Shown: positions 1-12,826, numbered from the stretch's first letter. The stretch: 64,000 nucleotides of DNA from Malacoraja senta (GCA_038087875.1 CM075991.1:5394001-5458000), one strand, 5' to 3'. Notes: generated from the letters alone by a model not told the origin. Program-made: numbers and translations.

Positions 1-104
1 CTAAGTAGACCGTGAGTTTTTTTTCTCCAGAGACTGGAAATTAAACATACCAATGCCTCAATCAGTCAATAGGCTTGTTTTAAAGCCACCATTAAAACTG
101 TAGG

Positions 105-199
105 TGGACACAAAATGCTGGAGTAACTCAGCGGGACAGGCAGCATCTCTGGAGAGAAGGAATGGGTAACGTTTCGGGTCGAGACCCTTCTTCAGACTG
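105..199 (-). mobile_element. Penelope-like pLTR-derived short repeat with an intact minimal hammerhead core (representative of at least 20 copies in the window)
   Basis: The minus strand reads CTGAAGA-AGGGTCTCGACCC-GAAAC-GTT (168-195). The same repeat is joined to a GIY-YIG C-terminus at 28055-28580. Confidence 0.75.
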
Positions 200-499
200 T
201 AGGGCCTGTTTCCACGCTATCTGACTCTATTATCTTATTGCTGTTTGTGGGAATTTGGTTACCTGGATGTTCATTTCATTGCTGTAGATGGGATTCGGCT
301 ACACTCAAATTTAACACTTCATTTCCCACAAGAATGACTACATTTTCCTTCTCCGGCTGCAAAGACTTTGGAATGCAGAAGTCAGTGATGGAATTAATAT
401 GCAACTTCTTTCTTCTAATTCAAAGATGCATAAAATAATCATTATATTTTCTACTGCTGACTGCAACAACTCTTCAAATTTCTATATAGTTATATAGTT

Positions 500-842
500 A
501 TAGATTCATAGAGTCTTACAGCGTGGAAACAGGCCCTTTGGCCCAACTTGCCGACCAACATGTCCCATCTACCCTGGTCTCACCTGCCTGCGTTTGCCCC
601 ATATCCCTCCAAACCTATCCTATTCATGTACCTGTGTTAATGTTTCTTAAACGTTGCGCTAACACCTGCCTTAACTACCTCCTCCAGCAACTTGTCCATA
701 CACTCATCACCCTTTGTGTAAAAAAGGTAACCCTCATGTTCCTATTAAATCTTTCCCCCCTCACCTTATATCTATGGTTCTTGATTCCCCTACTCTGGGC
801 AAGAGATTCTGTGCGTTTACCAAATTTATTCCTCTCATGATT
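500..842 (-). mobile_element. CR1 LINE 3' fragment
   Basis: CR1 ORF2 end and 3' UTR, similar to the copies at 59245-59690 and 35725-35990. Confidence 0.75.
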
Positions 843-1591
843 TTACTTTGGGATTTCCTGTGGTCACAGAAGACAGATTTAAAAAGCATGTCTTTCTGTT
901 TTACTAGATTCAATGGATACAAAATGGAAGGTTAAAAAAATAAAATAGAAATTTAGGCAGTACAATCCAAAGTGTTTCAAGTTGCCTTTTACAAAAATCA
1001 TGCTTTTCTCCAAAGGCAGCTACATAATTCTGAAGATAAGTAATACATTAGTTGCTTTATTTCCAGCATTCAGCTTAACAAAATTCTCAACATCCAGCTT
1101 GTAGAATGTCAATTATCACTTCAGTGTGAGTCATGCAACATTCACTTTTTCTTTGTCAGTGACCATTTAGCTACATTACATAACATACATCTAAATCTCT
1201 CATGTTATTTTTAAAGTATAATGGGTGCAAGAGCTTGTGCAAGCAAAAGCACATCTTGAGGTTCTAATGCACTGCAATTGTTGTTCAGTTCCAATATGTA
1301 ATCATATACTCATGTTGCACTGTCATTGTGGATAGTTCAAGGCTTAGTATTCACTGTATAAATTGACTAGCTCATGCAACAATGATCGTTCTCTCTGATA
1401 GGCTACAAACTGTTAATGTACTCTGTTTGTTTCAGTTGCCATAATCAAGTCTTAAATTAGTTTGCCATGAGCAAATAATCTGTCTCCTCGAAAATAATTT
1501 GCCAATGATGAGGGATTCATATTGTGAACATTTCTATTGTTAGATGGCTCTTTCCCTATGGGCATATTTTAAGATTTTATAGGTAATGTTA

Positions 1592-1888
1592 AGCCCCTGT
1601 CCCACGATGCGAGTTTACCCAAGAGCTCTCCCGCGTAAAAAAAAAATCAAACTCGTGGTACTTCATCACGAGTATTTTTTTACTCTTGGAAATTTTTCAC
1701 AAACTGTTGAAAAAACTTCACGAGTTACCGCGTTTCCCGAGTACCTGCCGTTAGCATTACGAGCCGCTACGGGACATCCACGAGCTCCGACGTACCCGCT
1801 ATGTACATTCTACGTACCTACCGCGAGTTTGATTTTTTTTAAAACTCGGGAGAGTTCTTGGGTAAAGTCGTATCGTGGGACAGGCCCT
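1592..1888. mobile_element. PIF/Harbinger-like MITE
   Basis: About 65 bp imperfect terminal inverted repeats (AGCCCCTGTCCCACGAT... / ...ATCGTGGGACAGGCCCT), with TTA on both sides (1589-1591, 1889-1891). Confidence 0.8.
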
Positions 1889-2614
1889 TTATCCCTTCAG
1901 TAAGAAAAGGATTTTTTCAGTGAATCAGGAACGATGCAGCCAGCTGACAGGCACAAAGGTCACTGGTAGTAAGCATAATGTTTCCTCAACCATATGTTTA
2001 TTGACAGTTGGCTATTCCAGAGTTGAGCACAAGATCGAGGTTGACTCTCCACAACCATCCGAGGTGCCAGCTTCTGGATGATAGAAAGGATCCCGAGCAC
2101 AATTTATAAATAGTGCAAGAGCGTTTAAATCAGCGTCCCTACTAACAATTGTCCCTCGAAAAATTCCTACGGCAAGTTACCTGGATGTTCATTCCATTGA
2201 TATGAATGGCAGCTGGCTATGATCAGAGTTGACACTTCATTTAGATTAGTTTAGTTTAGGGATACAGCGTGGAAACTGGCCCTTAGTCCCAACAAGTCCG
2301 CACCCACCAACGATCCACCTGCACATCAGCTCTATCCTAGAGGGCCGTTAACACTCTATCTGGAAGGAAGTAAATCATCTCCCGAAGCACATGAACAAGC
2401 ATTCTAAGACCAAGCAACCATATCTCGCATTTGTCTGTCCCCAATCGCAGATTCTATACCCAATACCCTTGTTTCCTCCAGCTTTTCTCCAACCATTCTA
2501 AGTTTGTGAATGTGACAAGAATGGCGCCTTGCCTCCTTGTCACCAGGTAGTTCATGTGCCCTTTCCACACTGCCCACACCTCCTCATTTTATCCAGTGCA
2601 GCACATGTACCTAC

Positions 2615-2676
2615 CTACATCTGCTTCAGTACTCTTCTTCATATCCTTGTGGAGCTTCTTAATCTGATCTTCTAAC
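2615..2676 (-). CDS. BIN3: Bridging integrator 3, coding exon 4 (62 nt)
   Basis: ttag|G TTA GAA GAT ... GCA GAT GTA G|gtaggt translates to (Q)LEDQIKKLHKDMKKSTEADV, matching human BIN3 QLEEQTRRLQKDMKKSTDADL. Phase is compatible with exon 3. Confidence 0.93.
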
Positions 2677-3104
2677 CTAAATGCAAAATCAGAATGAGTC
2701 TCAGATTAGCATTTCACATCAAAAAAAGGCCAGTAATCTGTGCTGCCACAAAGAATTCAGATGTTAAATATTTCATCACAATCTAACAAATTAGATGTTT
2801 TACACAATTCAACAATGTCTGTTGTTATAGGAATCTAACATCTCATCTTCCATGGCTCCCAGACGTAAGCCACATAGAACGGAGAATGCAACATGCAGTC
2901 TGCTCAGGAACGTACATGCTACATTAGCCTCTGTTCAACCACCATTTCATGCAGCATCTGTGGATCTTGCAATACAATATCTTTCGTTGCTGAGGCTACC
3001 ATGTCAACTCCTAACAGATGAGATCCCATGGCAAGACGACTAGCATTTTCGTGTTGACTACCAACTCTGCCTAGTCCTTCATGGGTACTGACCTCGCCAC
3101 CATT

Positions 3105-3465
3105 GAGGGCAGCCAGCATCATCAAGGACCCACACTACTTTGACCGCATTCTCATTTCACTGCTGTCATCAGGAAGAATGTATGGGAGCCTGAAAACTGC
3201 AACGTCAAGGTTCATGAACAGCTTCTTTCCACCAACCATCAAGTTATTGGACACTACAAATTCCAACTGAACTTGATTGCACTGGGCACTTGGGGCCTTG
3301 ATTTTGTTTTTTTGTTTTTGCACTATATCATTTAAAAAATCTATTGAACTTATTGTTTATTTCAGTATCTATTGAGTACTATGTTTACATACCTGTTGTG
3401 CTGCTGCAAGTAAGATTTTCTTGTTCCATTTTGGGACCAATGACAATAAAACACTCTTGACTCTC
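3105..3465 (+). mobile_element. Rex1/Babar-like LINE 3' fragment
   Basis: AASIIKDP..H / LPSGR / SRF.NSFFP-like ORF2 end, followed by a ...GACAATAAA-CTCTTGA tail. Confidence 0.75.
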
Positions 3466-3614
3466 AACCAGTTTTCTGGCACAGAATTGCCCAAAATGGA
3501 CCTGAACAGAGGCATTCTTAAATGTTCCAGAATGGGCTAGGTGGATGCAACCGGGAACCGAGACAACCTAGCTCAGTGCCATGGTGCAACCCAAACCATG
3601 GCACCCATTGTAGA

Positions 3615-4078
3615 TCAAGTGTCAAGAGTGTTTTGTCATATGTTCCGAAACGGAAGAATGAAATTCTTTATTGCAGTGGCACGACAGATATGTAAATCTA
3701 GTGTTCTGTAAAACCCATAATTACCAACAAATATAAAATAATATCATCAAGTCTTTATAGTTCAGAGCCTATTTTGGAGGTTGTAGTATTTAATAGCCTG
3801 ATGGTTATAGGGAAGAAGCGACTCCTGAACCTGGATGTTACAGTTTTCGAGCTCCCATACATCCCGATGGCAGGAGTGAAATGAAAGTGTGGCCAGGGTG
3901 GAATGGGTCTCTGATGAAGCTGGCTGCCTTTTTGAGGCAGTGACTCTTGTAGATCCCTTCGATGGTGGGGACATCGGTACCCATGATGGACTGGGCAGTG
4001 TTCCACCACTTTTTGCAATCTTCTTCGATCCTGGCCATTCGAGTTGCCCAACCAGGTCGTGATGCAACCAGTCAAGAC
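3615..4078 (-). mobile_element. Rex1/Babar-like LINE 3' fragment
   Basis: ORFs 3755-4138 and 3838-4038 read TAQSIMGTDVPTIEGIY..CLKKAASFIRDPFHPGH and SRFR..FFP.TIRLLN. Confidence 0.8.
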
Positions 4079-4274
4079 GAGTTGCCACCAACTAAATTCA
4101 GTGGCAGGTACCATGAACAACACCTGATCGATCATCAAGAATGCTCATGACTTGCCGAAGAAGAAATGCAAGCACCAGATAAACAATGTTAACAGTCAAA
4201 CATCATGCTGGCACAAAACAAAAATAAAGATTGTATCTTATCAATATGTGCTCAGCTTTAAATATTGTACTTAC

Positions 4275-4315
4275 TGTTGGAGCTTGCCATATTCTCGTTC
4301 AAAATCTCTCTCTAC
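4275..4315 (-). CDS. BIN3: Bridging integrator 3, coding exon 3 (41 nt)
   Basis: tacag|GTAGAGAGAGATTTTGAACGAGAATATGGCAAGCTCCAACA|gtaagt translates to VERDFEREYGKLQQ, identical to the human BIN3 segment as recalled. Confidence 0.95.
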
Positions 4316-5204
4316 CTGTAAATTTAAATGGGGAAATAATTGTCAATTAGACGACAATAGATGTAAAAGACTCAATGACATGGATGAACTGGAAAATATC
4401 TACAAAATCTAAGTTTATAAACTGGATTGGTTAGCATTTGTAACTTTAAATGATAAGAAATGATCCTTGGGCGTATCAATTGTTGATCTTAAGACTAAAG
4501 CAGACATTTGAGCCACTGAGTCCCAGCGGTTCTTTCTGAGACCATTCCAGTTAGTTTCATTGCAAATTTCTATTTCTTTTTCTTCAAGTATTTATCAAAC
4601 CCCCTTTTGAAGGTTTCTGCTAAATGTATTTCCACCAGCCTAACAGACAGTAGATTCCTAATTCTCACTATTTCATACCGAGATCAAAAACACCTAACCT
4701 TGAATTACTGCATTCCATGCAGAGCATCCAACTTCAATATTCTACCGTTGACTGACAATCACTCATCAGCTGTCAGGATACAACACACGCCACTTTGAGG
4801 TTATAGGATACTTCTAGGAAAAGAAGAATGTCAGGATCATATCTATACTGTTGGAACAAACCATCAATCTGATTTTCCCCTCCATACATCCTTTCCACCC
4901 AACTGCGATGGTAACCTATTTGCAAGAATCACAAAGTGATTTCTCCATCTCCATTGTTCTCCTCAAATAATGCCACATTTCACGACTGCTTTCAAGTCTT
5001 TTACCTTAAACAAGCACTTCCTGCCACCAACAGATGACAGGGGCCTCAACAGTGTCTTTCCTATCTTAAAGAAATTTATACTCTTCACTTCTCAGTCCCC
5101 TCCACTTTAGAGATACAGGCAGGAAACGTCTTTGGAATGTGGGAGGAAACTGGAGCACCCGGAGAAAACCCACGTGGACACGGGGAGAATGACACTCCCT
5201 CTTA

Positions 5205-6865
5205 AGGAGGGTGACCAGGGCTGGGAGCTAAACACGTATGGGTATTCGGGGAGCTAAACACGTGGGGGTATTCAATATTCAGGAAGGATAGACAGAAAGG
5301 AAGAGGTGGGGTGGCATTGCTGGTTAAAGAGGAGATTAATGCAATAACAAGGAGAGACATTAGCTTGGATGCTATTGAATCGGTACGAGTAGAATTGCGA
5401 AATAGCCAAGGGCAGAAAACACTTGTTGGAGTTGTATACAGACCACCAAACCGCAGTAGGGAGGTTGGACATAACATCAAGCAGGAAATTAGGGATGCAT
5501 GTAGCAAAGGTACAGCAGTTATCATGGGTGACTTTAATCTACATATAGATTGTGCCAACCAAATTGGTAGCAGCGCTGAGGAGGATTTCCTGGAATGTAT
5601 ACGGGATGTTTTTTTTTAAAACCAATATGTAGAAGAACCGAATAAAGGGCAGGCCATCCTAGACTGGATATTGTGTAATGAGAATTCTTAAGGGGTTGGA
5701 CAGGCTAGATGCAGGAAGATTGTTCCCGATGTTGGGGAAGTCCAGGACAAGGGGTCACAGTTTAAGGATAAAGGGGAAATCCTTTAGGACCGAGATGAAA
5801 AAAAAAAAATTCACACAGAGAGTGGTGAATCTCTGGAACTCTCTGCCACAGAAGGTAGTTGAGGCCAGTTTAGCCTGGGAGCTCCAAACCGGCGCGGCCT
5901 TGTCGGCTTCGGAAGCCGCGGACTCCGGTAAGGAAGCGGCCGTTCCAGGTGGCCCAGCCGCTGAGTGGACTCTCCCGACGCCGGGGCAACAGCACCCGGC
6001 GAGAACGGCCAGGAACATCGGGCCTCCGTAGAGGCAATAGCGGAGGCCTCAATAGGCTTGACTTTGGGAGAACTGGGGATGGGGACTGGACATTGTACCT
6101 TCCCCCACAGTGGTAACCATCCAGTGGGGGGATGATTTTTGTGTGTTAGTGATTATTTTAGTCTGTGTCCAAGATGGCTACCGGAAGGGAGAGTGTACGC
6201 TGGCGCGGTTTAGCTGCCGCTGCTCTCTCTTCACATTGTGTTTCTGATTTTTTGTTTTTGTTTTTGGATCGAATTCTGTCTTTAATTTGTGTATTCGTGA
6301 TGTCTTTACTATTTATTTTACTCCGATTATATGTTTTTTTACTTGTTAAATACTGTAAGGTGTCCTTGAGACTCTTGAAAGTCGCCCATAAATAAAATTT
6401 ATTATTATTATTATTAGTTCATTGGCTATATTTAAGAGGGAGTTAGATGTGGCCCTTGTGGCTAAAGGGATCAGGGGGTATGGAGAGAAGGCAGGTACAG
6501 GATACTGAGTTGGATGATCAGCCATGATCATATTGAATGGCGGTGCAGGCTTGAAGGGCCGAATGGCCAACTCCTGCACCTATTTTCTATGTTTCTATGA
6601 GAAAGGATTGGTTAGTGATCTTATTGTGCAGAGCCACTTGGATAACAGTGACCATAATATGGTGGAATTCTATATTAGGATGGAGAGTGACATGGTCCTG
6701 AACTTACAGAAAGGAGACTTTGGAGGTTTGAGACAGGAATTGGCTAGGATAGACTGGCGAATTATGCTTAAAGGGTTGACGGTGGACATGCAATTGAAAA
6801 GATTGAAAGATTGCATGGATGAATTCCCAAAATAAAACCGGGAAGGCGGCTCAACCGTGGCTAAA
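5205..6865 (+). mobile_element. Nested CR1 complex: a CR1 endonuclease fragment interrupted by a CR1 3' fragment (5685-6596), itself interrupted by an L2-tailed element (5871-6415)
   Basis: APE motifs VGVVYRPP, IMGDFN and SDHN. TSD ATGAGAA at 5678-5684 and 6597-6603. TSD AGTT at 5867-5870 and 6416-6419. Confidence 0.85.
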
Positions 6866-8021
6866 TAGAAACCAATAGAAAATCATTACAAAGAACTCCA
6901 ATGCGTGGTTTTATCAGATTGTGTATGTAAAAATGGGAGTTTAAATTAAAAAGTCAAATAGAGAGACAAATTATGACTTTATAGAGTGCTCAACAAAAGC
7001 AGGACATCAATGTATGCATGGTCAAAATACGTAGGTGGCAACATACAATGCATGTGGAGCTGAAGCCTTGACTAAGTTGTTTCTAGTCACTGTACTTTGG
7101 TTCTTCATAATACTGTATTAATCAGAACTTTTAATTAATTTATCTCATCACACTGAAGCAAATGATCTTGTGTCCTCAATGGAAAAGTATTCTAAAAGGA
7201 AGACAAAAGACAATACTAAGGAATTATTTAACGATTTATGAGATGCAACAGAACTGAAAACAGCTCATGGGAGTGCTCAAGGTGCAAAAAAAATCTCACA
7301 TACCCTAATTCATCTTTCATTAAAACATTTTGAATCTTGCTTGAACCCTGCAAAACAGCCCTGAGTCCAAGCTTAAACTATGCATATAACTGGATGGAAT
7401 CACATGCTAAATTTGCAAGAACATTCTGAATCTCTGTGGTAAAAGTGTTCCTTCTTGGTTTAATACTTCACTCCAGTGAAACAATGCCATCACAGCTTTA
7501 CTGTGGCCCATTCAGCACCAGGACTGGCATTAAAAGGAACAATTTTCATTCCAGCCTAGATGATTCAGATGACACTATTTGACCTGCCCAACACTCAGAT
7601 TGGTGAATCATTCACAGTGTTGAGGATTGGGCATTCACAGTGATTAGCACGGCACTAACAATAATCGCCAATTCTATCTACTGCGACATTTACAAATGCC
7701 ATAAATATAATTACAGCTGACAATATGGACAACATGATAATTGAGAGACAAAGTGGGATATACAGAGCCCTGACAATAAATAATTACAGTGATAGCTCAA
7801 GATATTATTGTAAAATCATGAAGAGTTTTGACAGGGGAGAAAGGGAGAAATTGTTTCTAGTGGCAGAAGAGTTGGTAATCAGAGAATAAAGATTTAAGAC
7901 AATTGGAAAAACAGGATAGCAGAAGAACATTTTTTTTTCACGCGCATGTAATCTGTATGTGTGATGATCTGCAATATTTGAAAGGTGAAAACAAATTCAG
8001 TTGTAAATTCCATATATCATA

Positions 8022-9699
8022 TCTATATTATTTTAAAACTCTGATCTTGGATATTTGTGTACTTGTTTGTGCCTTGTGTGTTTGATTCTCTTTTTCTTTG
8101 ATTCACATCTCCTCGAAAACCCGATGCGCAAATGGTGAACTTTTTACATATTCCGGCAGAGATTTACCTCATGATTTAGAAAATCGCCTCATCTGAAAAT
8201 TTGATTCATTATTATTTCCCCAGTTTTTTACTAAAATTGTTCACCAATCTGAGATCTTTTTAAAATCTAACGAGCTGAAGACGTCACAATGCTTCTGCTC
8301 CTCGCGGCCAGCTGCGCAGAGTTTTCAACGCGCAGCCTGCTGGCCAGTTTTCCACGAGCTGCGGGTTACGTGGCCCAGCTGCCCTCCCCTCTCCCCAAGG
8401 CTCTGGATTGAAGCCGCTAAACACGTGCTCAAGTCGTGCTGCTCGCTCCGATGGGCTCCTTGAAGTTCCACAACATGGCGGCGGCGGTCGTTATCGCAGT
8501 GCGGGGAAGCGCGGTGGGAAAGTGGCCGTGGCGGCCGTCACAAGGGACCACCTCCTCTCCGTCTCCCCCGCCCGATCGTCTGTCACGCTGGTGGGCGGGC
8601 TTCCCCTCCCGGAAGCTACGATCGGCCAGCCCTCCACTGCTTTTGACAGTCCTCAGATCGCTCCGGGCCTGGCACCTGGTGGGGACGCTGCCACCCACCC
8701 GCGAGCTGCAGCCCCACTCCCCTCCTCTCTCTCCCCTCCCTCCCTCTCTCCCCACCTCTCTCTCTCCCCCTCTCTCTATCTCCCCCCTCCCTCTCTCTCC
8801 CCCATCTCTCTCTCCACACCTCTCCCCCACACTCCCTCCACCACCCTCCCTCCCCTCCCTCCCCTCTCCCCCTTACCCTCCCCTCTCCCCCTTACCCTCC
8901 CCCTACCTCTCCCCCTCACTACCCCCCCCCTGATCTTGTATGTGTGTATATGTGTTTTTACATCTTCGCAAAAAAACTACTTGGTAACGATAAAATATTT
9001 ACATATTCCGGTTGACATTTTTCCCGTCGACTCCAAAATCACCTTATCTGAAAATTTCATGCTATATTTCTCGACATTACTGAAAATGTTTACAAATATC
9101 AAAAGACTTTGAATTTAAACAAGCAGCTCTTGCTGATGACATCACAATGGTCTGCTCGGTGCCGCCTCATGCACAGAATTGTCCATGTGCTTCAAGTGAT
9201 GTCACCCTCGACCCCTCCCCCCCCCGGTTATTCAAAACCCGCGGTCTTCAGGTCCATGCCCGCGGCCTCGCCCTCGCCCAGCACCACACCCGCCTGCCGT
9301 CTCGCTCCTCCCTCTCTGCCCCCCCCTCTCTGCCCCCTCCTCCCTCTCCCTCTCTGCCCCCCCTCCCCCCCCTCCCCCTTTGTCTCCAACCTCCCTAGGG
9401 AGTGGTGAGTATTGGGATTTATGGTTGAGTGGTGGAGTATTGCGTTAGGGAACCAGCCCTCCCCTGTGATGCCACGCATCCCCCCCTAACCCTCAAACTC
9501 TACCACCCTCCCTCTCTACCCCCTCCCCCCTCTCTAGCCACGCCTGCGCAGTCGGGGGCTATGTGTGAGTGGATAGGGCGGGGGATGGGCTAAAAGGAGC
9601 GAATAAATAATATTAGTATAATATCAAGGGGGGGGGAAGTGTGGTTAGTGTGTGTGTGTGTGTGGGGGGGTGTGTGGTTAGTGTGTGTGTGTGTGTGAT
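8022..9699 (+). mobile_element. Helitron-like non-autonomous element, 3' end lost, with a CpG-rich insert
   Basis: Starts A|TCTATATTATTTTAAAACTCTGATCTTG, like the 5' end of the 20330-20987 element. Segment 9425-9470 matches the subterminal region of the copies at about 20375-20405 and 55130-55172. Internal diverged duplication (8043-8290 vs 8931-9148). Confidence 0.6.
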
Positions 9700-10596
9700 G
9701 CCAGACGGAAACCACTCCTCAGTAAAAGGCACATGACAGCCCGTTTGGAGTATGCCAAACGGCACCTAAAGGATTCTCAGACCATGAGGAACAAGATTCT
9801 CTGTTACGATGAAACCAAGATTTAACTCTTTAGCCTGAATGTCAAGCGTCACGTCTGGAGGAAACCAGGCACCGCTCATGACCTGGCCAATTCCTTACCT
9901 ATGGTGAAGCATGGTGGTGGCAGCATCATGCTGTGGGGATGTTTTTCAGTGGCAGGAACTGGGAGACTATTCAGGATCGAGGGAAAGATGAACGGAGCAA
10001 AGTACATAGAGATCCTTGATGAAAACCTGCTCCAGAGCGTTCTGAACCTCAGACTGGGGCGGAGGTTCAACTTCCAACAGGGCAAAGACCCTAAGCACAC
10101 AGCCAAGACAACGCAGGAGTGGCTTTGTGACCAGTCTGTGAATGTCCTTGAGTGGCCCAACCAGAGCCCGGACTTGAACCCGATCGAACATTTCTGGAGG
10201 GACCTAAAAAATAGCTGTGCATCGATACTCCCCATCCAACCTGACAGAGCTTGAGAGGATCTGCAGAAAAGAATAGGAGAAATTACCCAAATACAGGTGT
10301 GCCAAGCTTGTAGAATCATACCCAAGAAGACTGGAGGCTGTAATCGCTGCCAAAGTTGCCTCAACAAAGTACTGAGTAAAGGGTCTGAATACTTATGTAA
10401 ATGTGATATTTCAGTTATTTCTTTTTAATATATGGCAAAATTTCTAAACACCTATTTTCACTTTTTTATTATGGGTATTGTGTGTAGATTGATGGTAAAA
10501 AAATGTTTTAATGAATTTAATCCATTTTAGAATAAGGCTGTAATGTAACAAAATGTGGAAAAATTGAAGGGATCTGAATACGTTCTGAATCCACTG
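9700..10596 (+). mobile_element. Tc1/mariner DD34E transposon, 5'-truncated and inactive
   Basis: VKHGGGSIMLWGCF...WPNQSPDLNPIEH. The second catalytic Asp is mutated (FQQGKDPKH) and there is a stop after DETKI. The right TIR ends CACTG|TA at 10596. Confidence 0.92.
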
Positions 10597-10598
10597 TA

Positions 10599-10785
10599 TG
10601 TATAAACACTGCTGTAATTTCTACATGGTGAAACCAAAAGGTATAAATATGGCCTTCATTAAAATCTGACAATGTGCTCTTTAACTACATGTGATTATTT
10701 TCTATTACAAATCTCAAATTGTGGAGTACAGAGGCTAATAAAGAAATGATGGGTCTTTGTCCCAAACAATATGGAAGGCATTCTA
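10599..10785 (+). mobile_element. Right terminus of a second Tc1-like element
   Basis: Ends GTCCCAAACAATATGGAAGGCA, resembling a decayed Tc1 TIR. Confidence 0.45.
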
Positions 10786-11329
10786 CAAAGTACTGGGGCT
10801 GACTATGGGACTATGTGCTGTAGCAAAGCAAGTTAATTTTCTCCCATATATTTTGGGTAACAGCAGTTTAAAACTAATATATTCAGACTTGCTCACAAAA
10901 AACTCACAAAAATTCATGTGAACTCGAGAACTCAAGACTCTCAAACGAAGGTCACCCACAAAATGTGAACTGCGGGCTTCGATGCAATCAGCTATCTCAA
11001 AGCACTTTTAGAGGCATTGAAATATTTCTGGTTAGTCACTGTTGTACACTTTATTGTTGTACGAAAGCCTGCCACAACAAAACGGCTTTTGAGAAATGGG
11101 GTGCTCTTTACTCAGCATGTATATTATGGCACAGAAATCTTTTCGAGGGATTTAATGCTCAGATAGTTTTGCCCCAAGGGAGGGAACCAGAGCAGTACAT
11201 CAATAAGTGGAGGGGATGATGTTAAGATGGAGGTTATGACATGCAAGTCGTGCAAGAAAGGGATAAGCAGTAAGACTAATGGGCTGAATGGCATTATTTC
11301 AATGCAAGGAGAGTTATGTGCAAAGCGGA

Positions 11330-12205
11330 TAAACTTCGAGCCTGGATCAGTGCATGGAAATATAATGCTGCAAAGGATACAGCAGGATATAGACCATTTA
11401 CATGTAAGGGCAGAGATATGGCAGATTAATCCAGGCAAGTGTGAGGCGTTGCACCTTGCAAGGTCAAACATGCAGAGAAAGTATACAGTTATCGTCAGGA
11501 CTCTTAACAACATGTACTTGGCTACAAGTCCGTAATTGCTGAAAGTAGAAACCACAAGTGGTAAAGGAGGAGGATAAAGTGGTAGAGAAGGAGGATAGTG
11601 TGTGTTGCCTTCATCCGTTAGGGCATTGAGTATGAGAGTCCGAGTCATTTGCAGATTTATAAAACTTTGGTTAGGCAGTATTTGGAATATTGCCTGCAGT
11701 TCTTGTTGCCCCATTACAGGAAGCATGAGGAGGCTAGGGAGAGGTGCAGAAAGGCTTATTAGAACGTTGCCTGGAAAAGAGGGTACTGGCTATATGGGGA
11801 GGGTTGGACAAACTTGATAGTTTTCTCTGGAGCTGTGAAGAAGAGAGACCTGATAGAAGTCTATAAAATTATGGAAGGCATGGATAGAGAGACAGACAAA
11901 ACTCTTTTCCCAGGTGGAATTCTGTAAATGTCTAATGCAAGAGCATAACTTTAAGATGAGGGGAAAAATTAACGGATATTTGCAGCGCAAGGTTTTTTTT
12001 AAACTTGAGATTGGGAGGTTCCTGGAACATACTGCCAGAGATGTGGGGGGAGCAGATATGATTGTGGTGTTTAAGAGGTATTTAGATGGGCACATAAATA
12101 TATATGGGAATAGAGGGCAGGTAGAACAGATTGGTTTAATTCGTCATCGTGTTCAGCACAGACATCATGACCATAAGGCCCGTTCTTGTTCTGTACTGTC
12201 TACGC
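11330..12205 (+). mobile_element. Decayed CR1 LINE 3' portion
   Basis: IQQDIDHL..AEIWQINPGKCEALHL, followed by a frameshifted CR1 C-terminus. Confidence 0.75.
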
Positions 12206-12444
12206 TCCTGATCATCATCTGAAGGGTCCAGACCTTTACCTCTTCAGACTTCTGCTTTTCAGGGAAATGAGAAAAATCAGATTGGATTGATTTACGGTGC
12301 AAATTGAATCACAGGTGATAGATTCAGAGTGTGTACACTCACAAGAGGACAGAGACAGAAAGATGATAAAGGGGGGGGAGGAGAAAGAGAAAATGGGTGA
12401 GGTGGGGAGCAGAAAGAAGAGGGAGGACAGGGGAGCAAGAGGGG

Positions 12445-12448
<4 letters not shown>

Positions 12449-12506
<58 letters not shown>
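12449..12506. repeat. (GA)n microsatellite
   Basis: Direct observation. Confidence 0.95.
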
Positions 12507-12508
<2 letters not shown>

Positions 12509-12626
12509 CATACCAGAAACAGGGAGAGAGCACTGACCCCCTGAAACAGGCAGCATGCCAGGGATGTGTAGGAAGCTTGGGCCGGGAGAGCAGAGAATTA
12601 AGCAGGATGGAGGAATGAGGAAACAA

Positions 12627-12826
12627 NNNNNNNNNNNNNNNNNNNNNNNNNNNNNNNNNNNNNNNNNNNNNNNNNNNNNNNNNNNNNNNNNNNNNNNNNN
12701 NNNNNNNNNNNNNNNNNNNNNNNNNNNNNNNNNNNNNNNNNNNNNNNNNNNNNNNNNNNNNNNNNNNNNNNNNNNNNNNNNNNNNNNNNNNNNNNNNNNN
12801 NNNNNNNNNNNNNNNNNNNNNNNNNN
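12627..12826. other. Assembly gap (200 N)
   Basis: Run of N; the true size is unknown. Confidence 0.99.

Noticed and set aside
7304..7347. Exon-like segment (ttttgcag|...|gtatgt) as the missing BIN3 exon 2
   Set aside because: 44 nt is the wrong phase, there is an in-frame TAA after exon 1, and it has no similarity to IPFKIGQPKK.
8408..9479. Long Pro/Ser/Gly-rich ORFs
   Set aside because: Products of C/T low-complexity tracts inside a mobile element.
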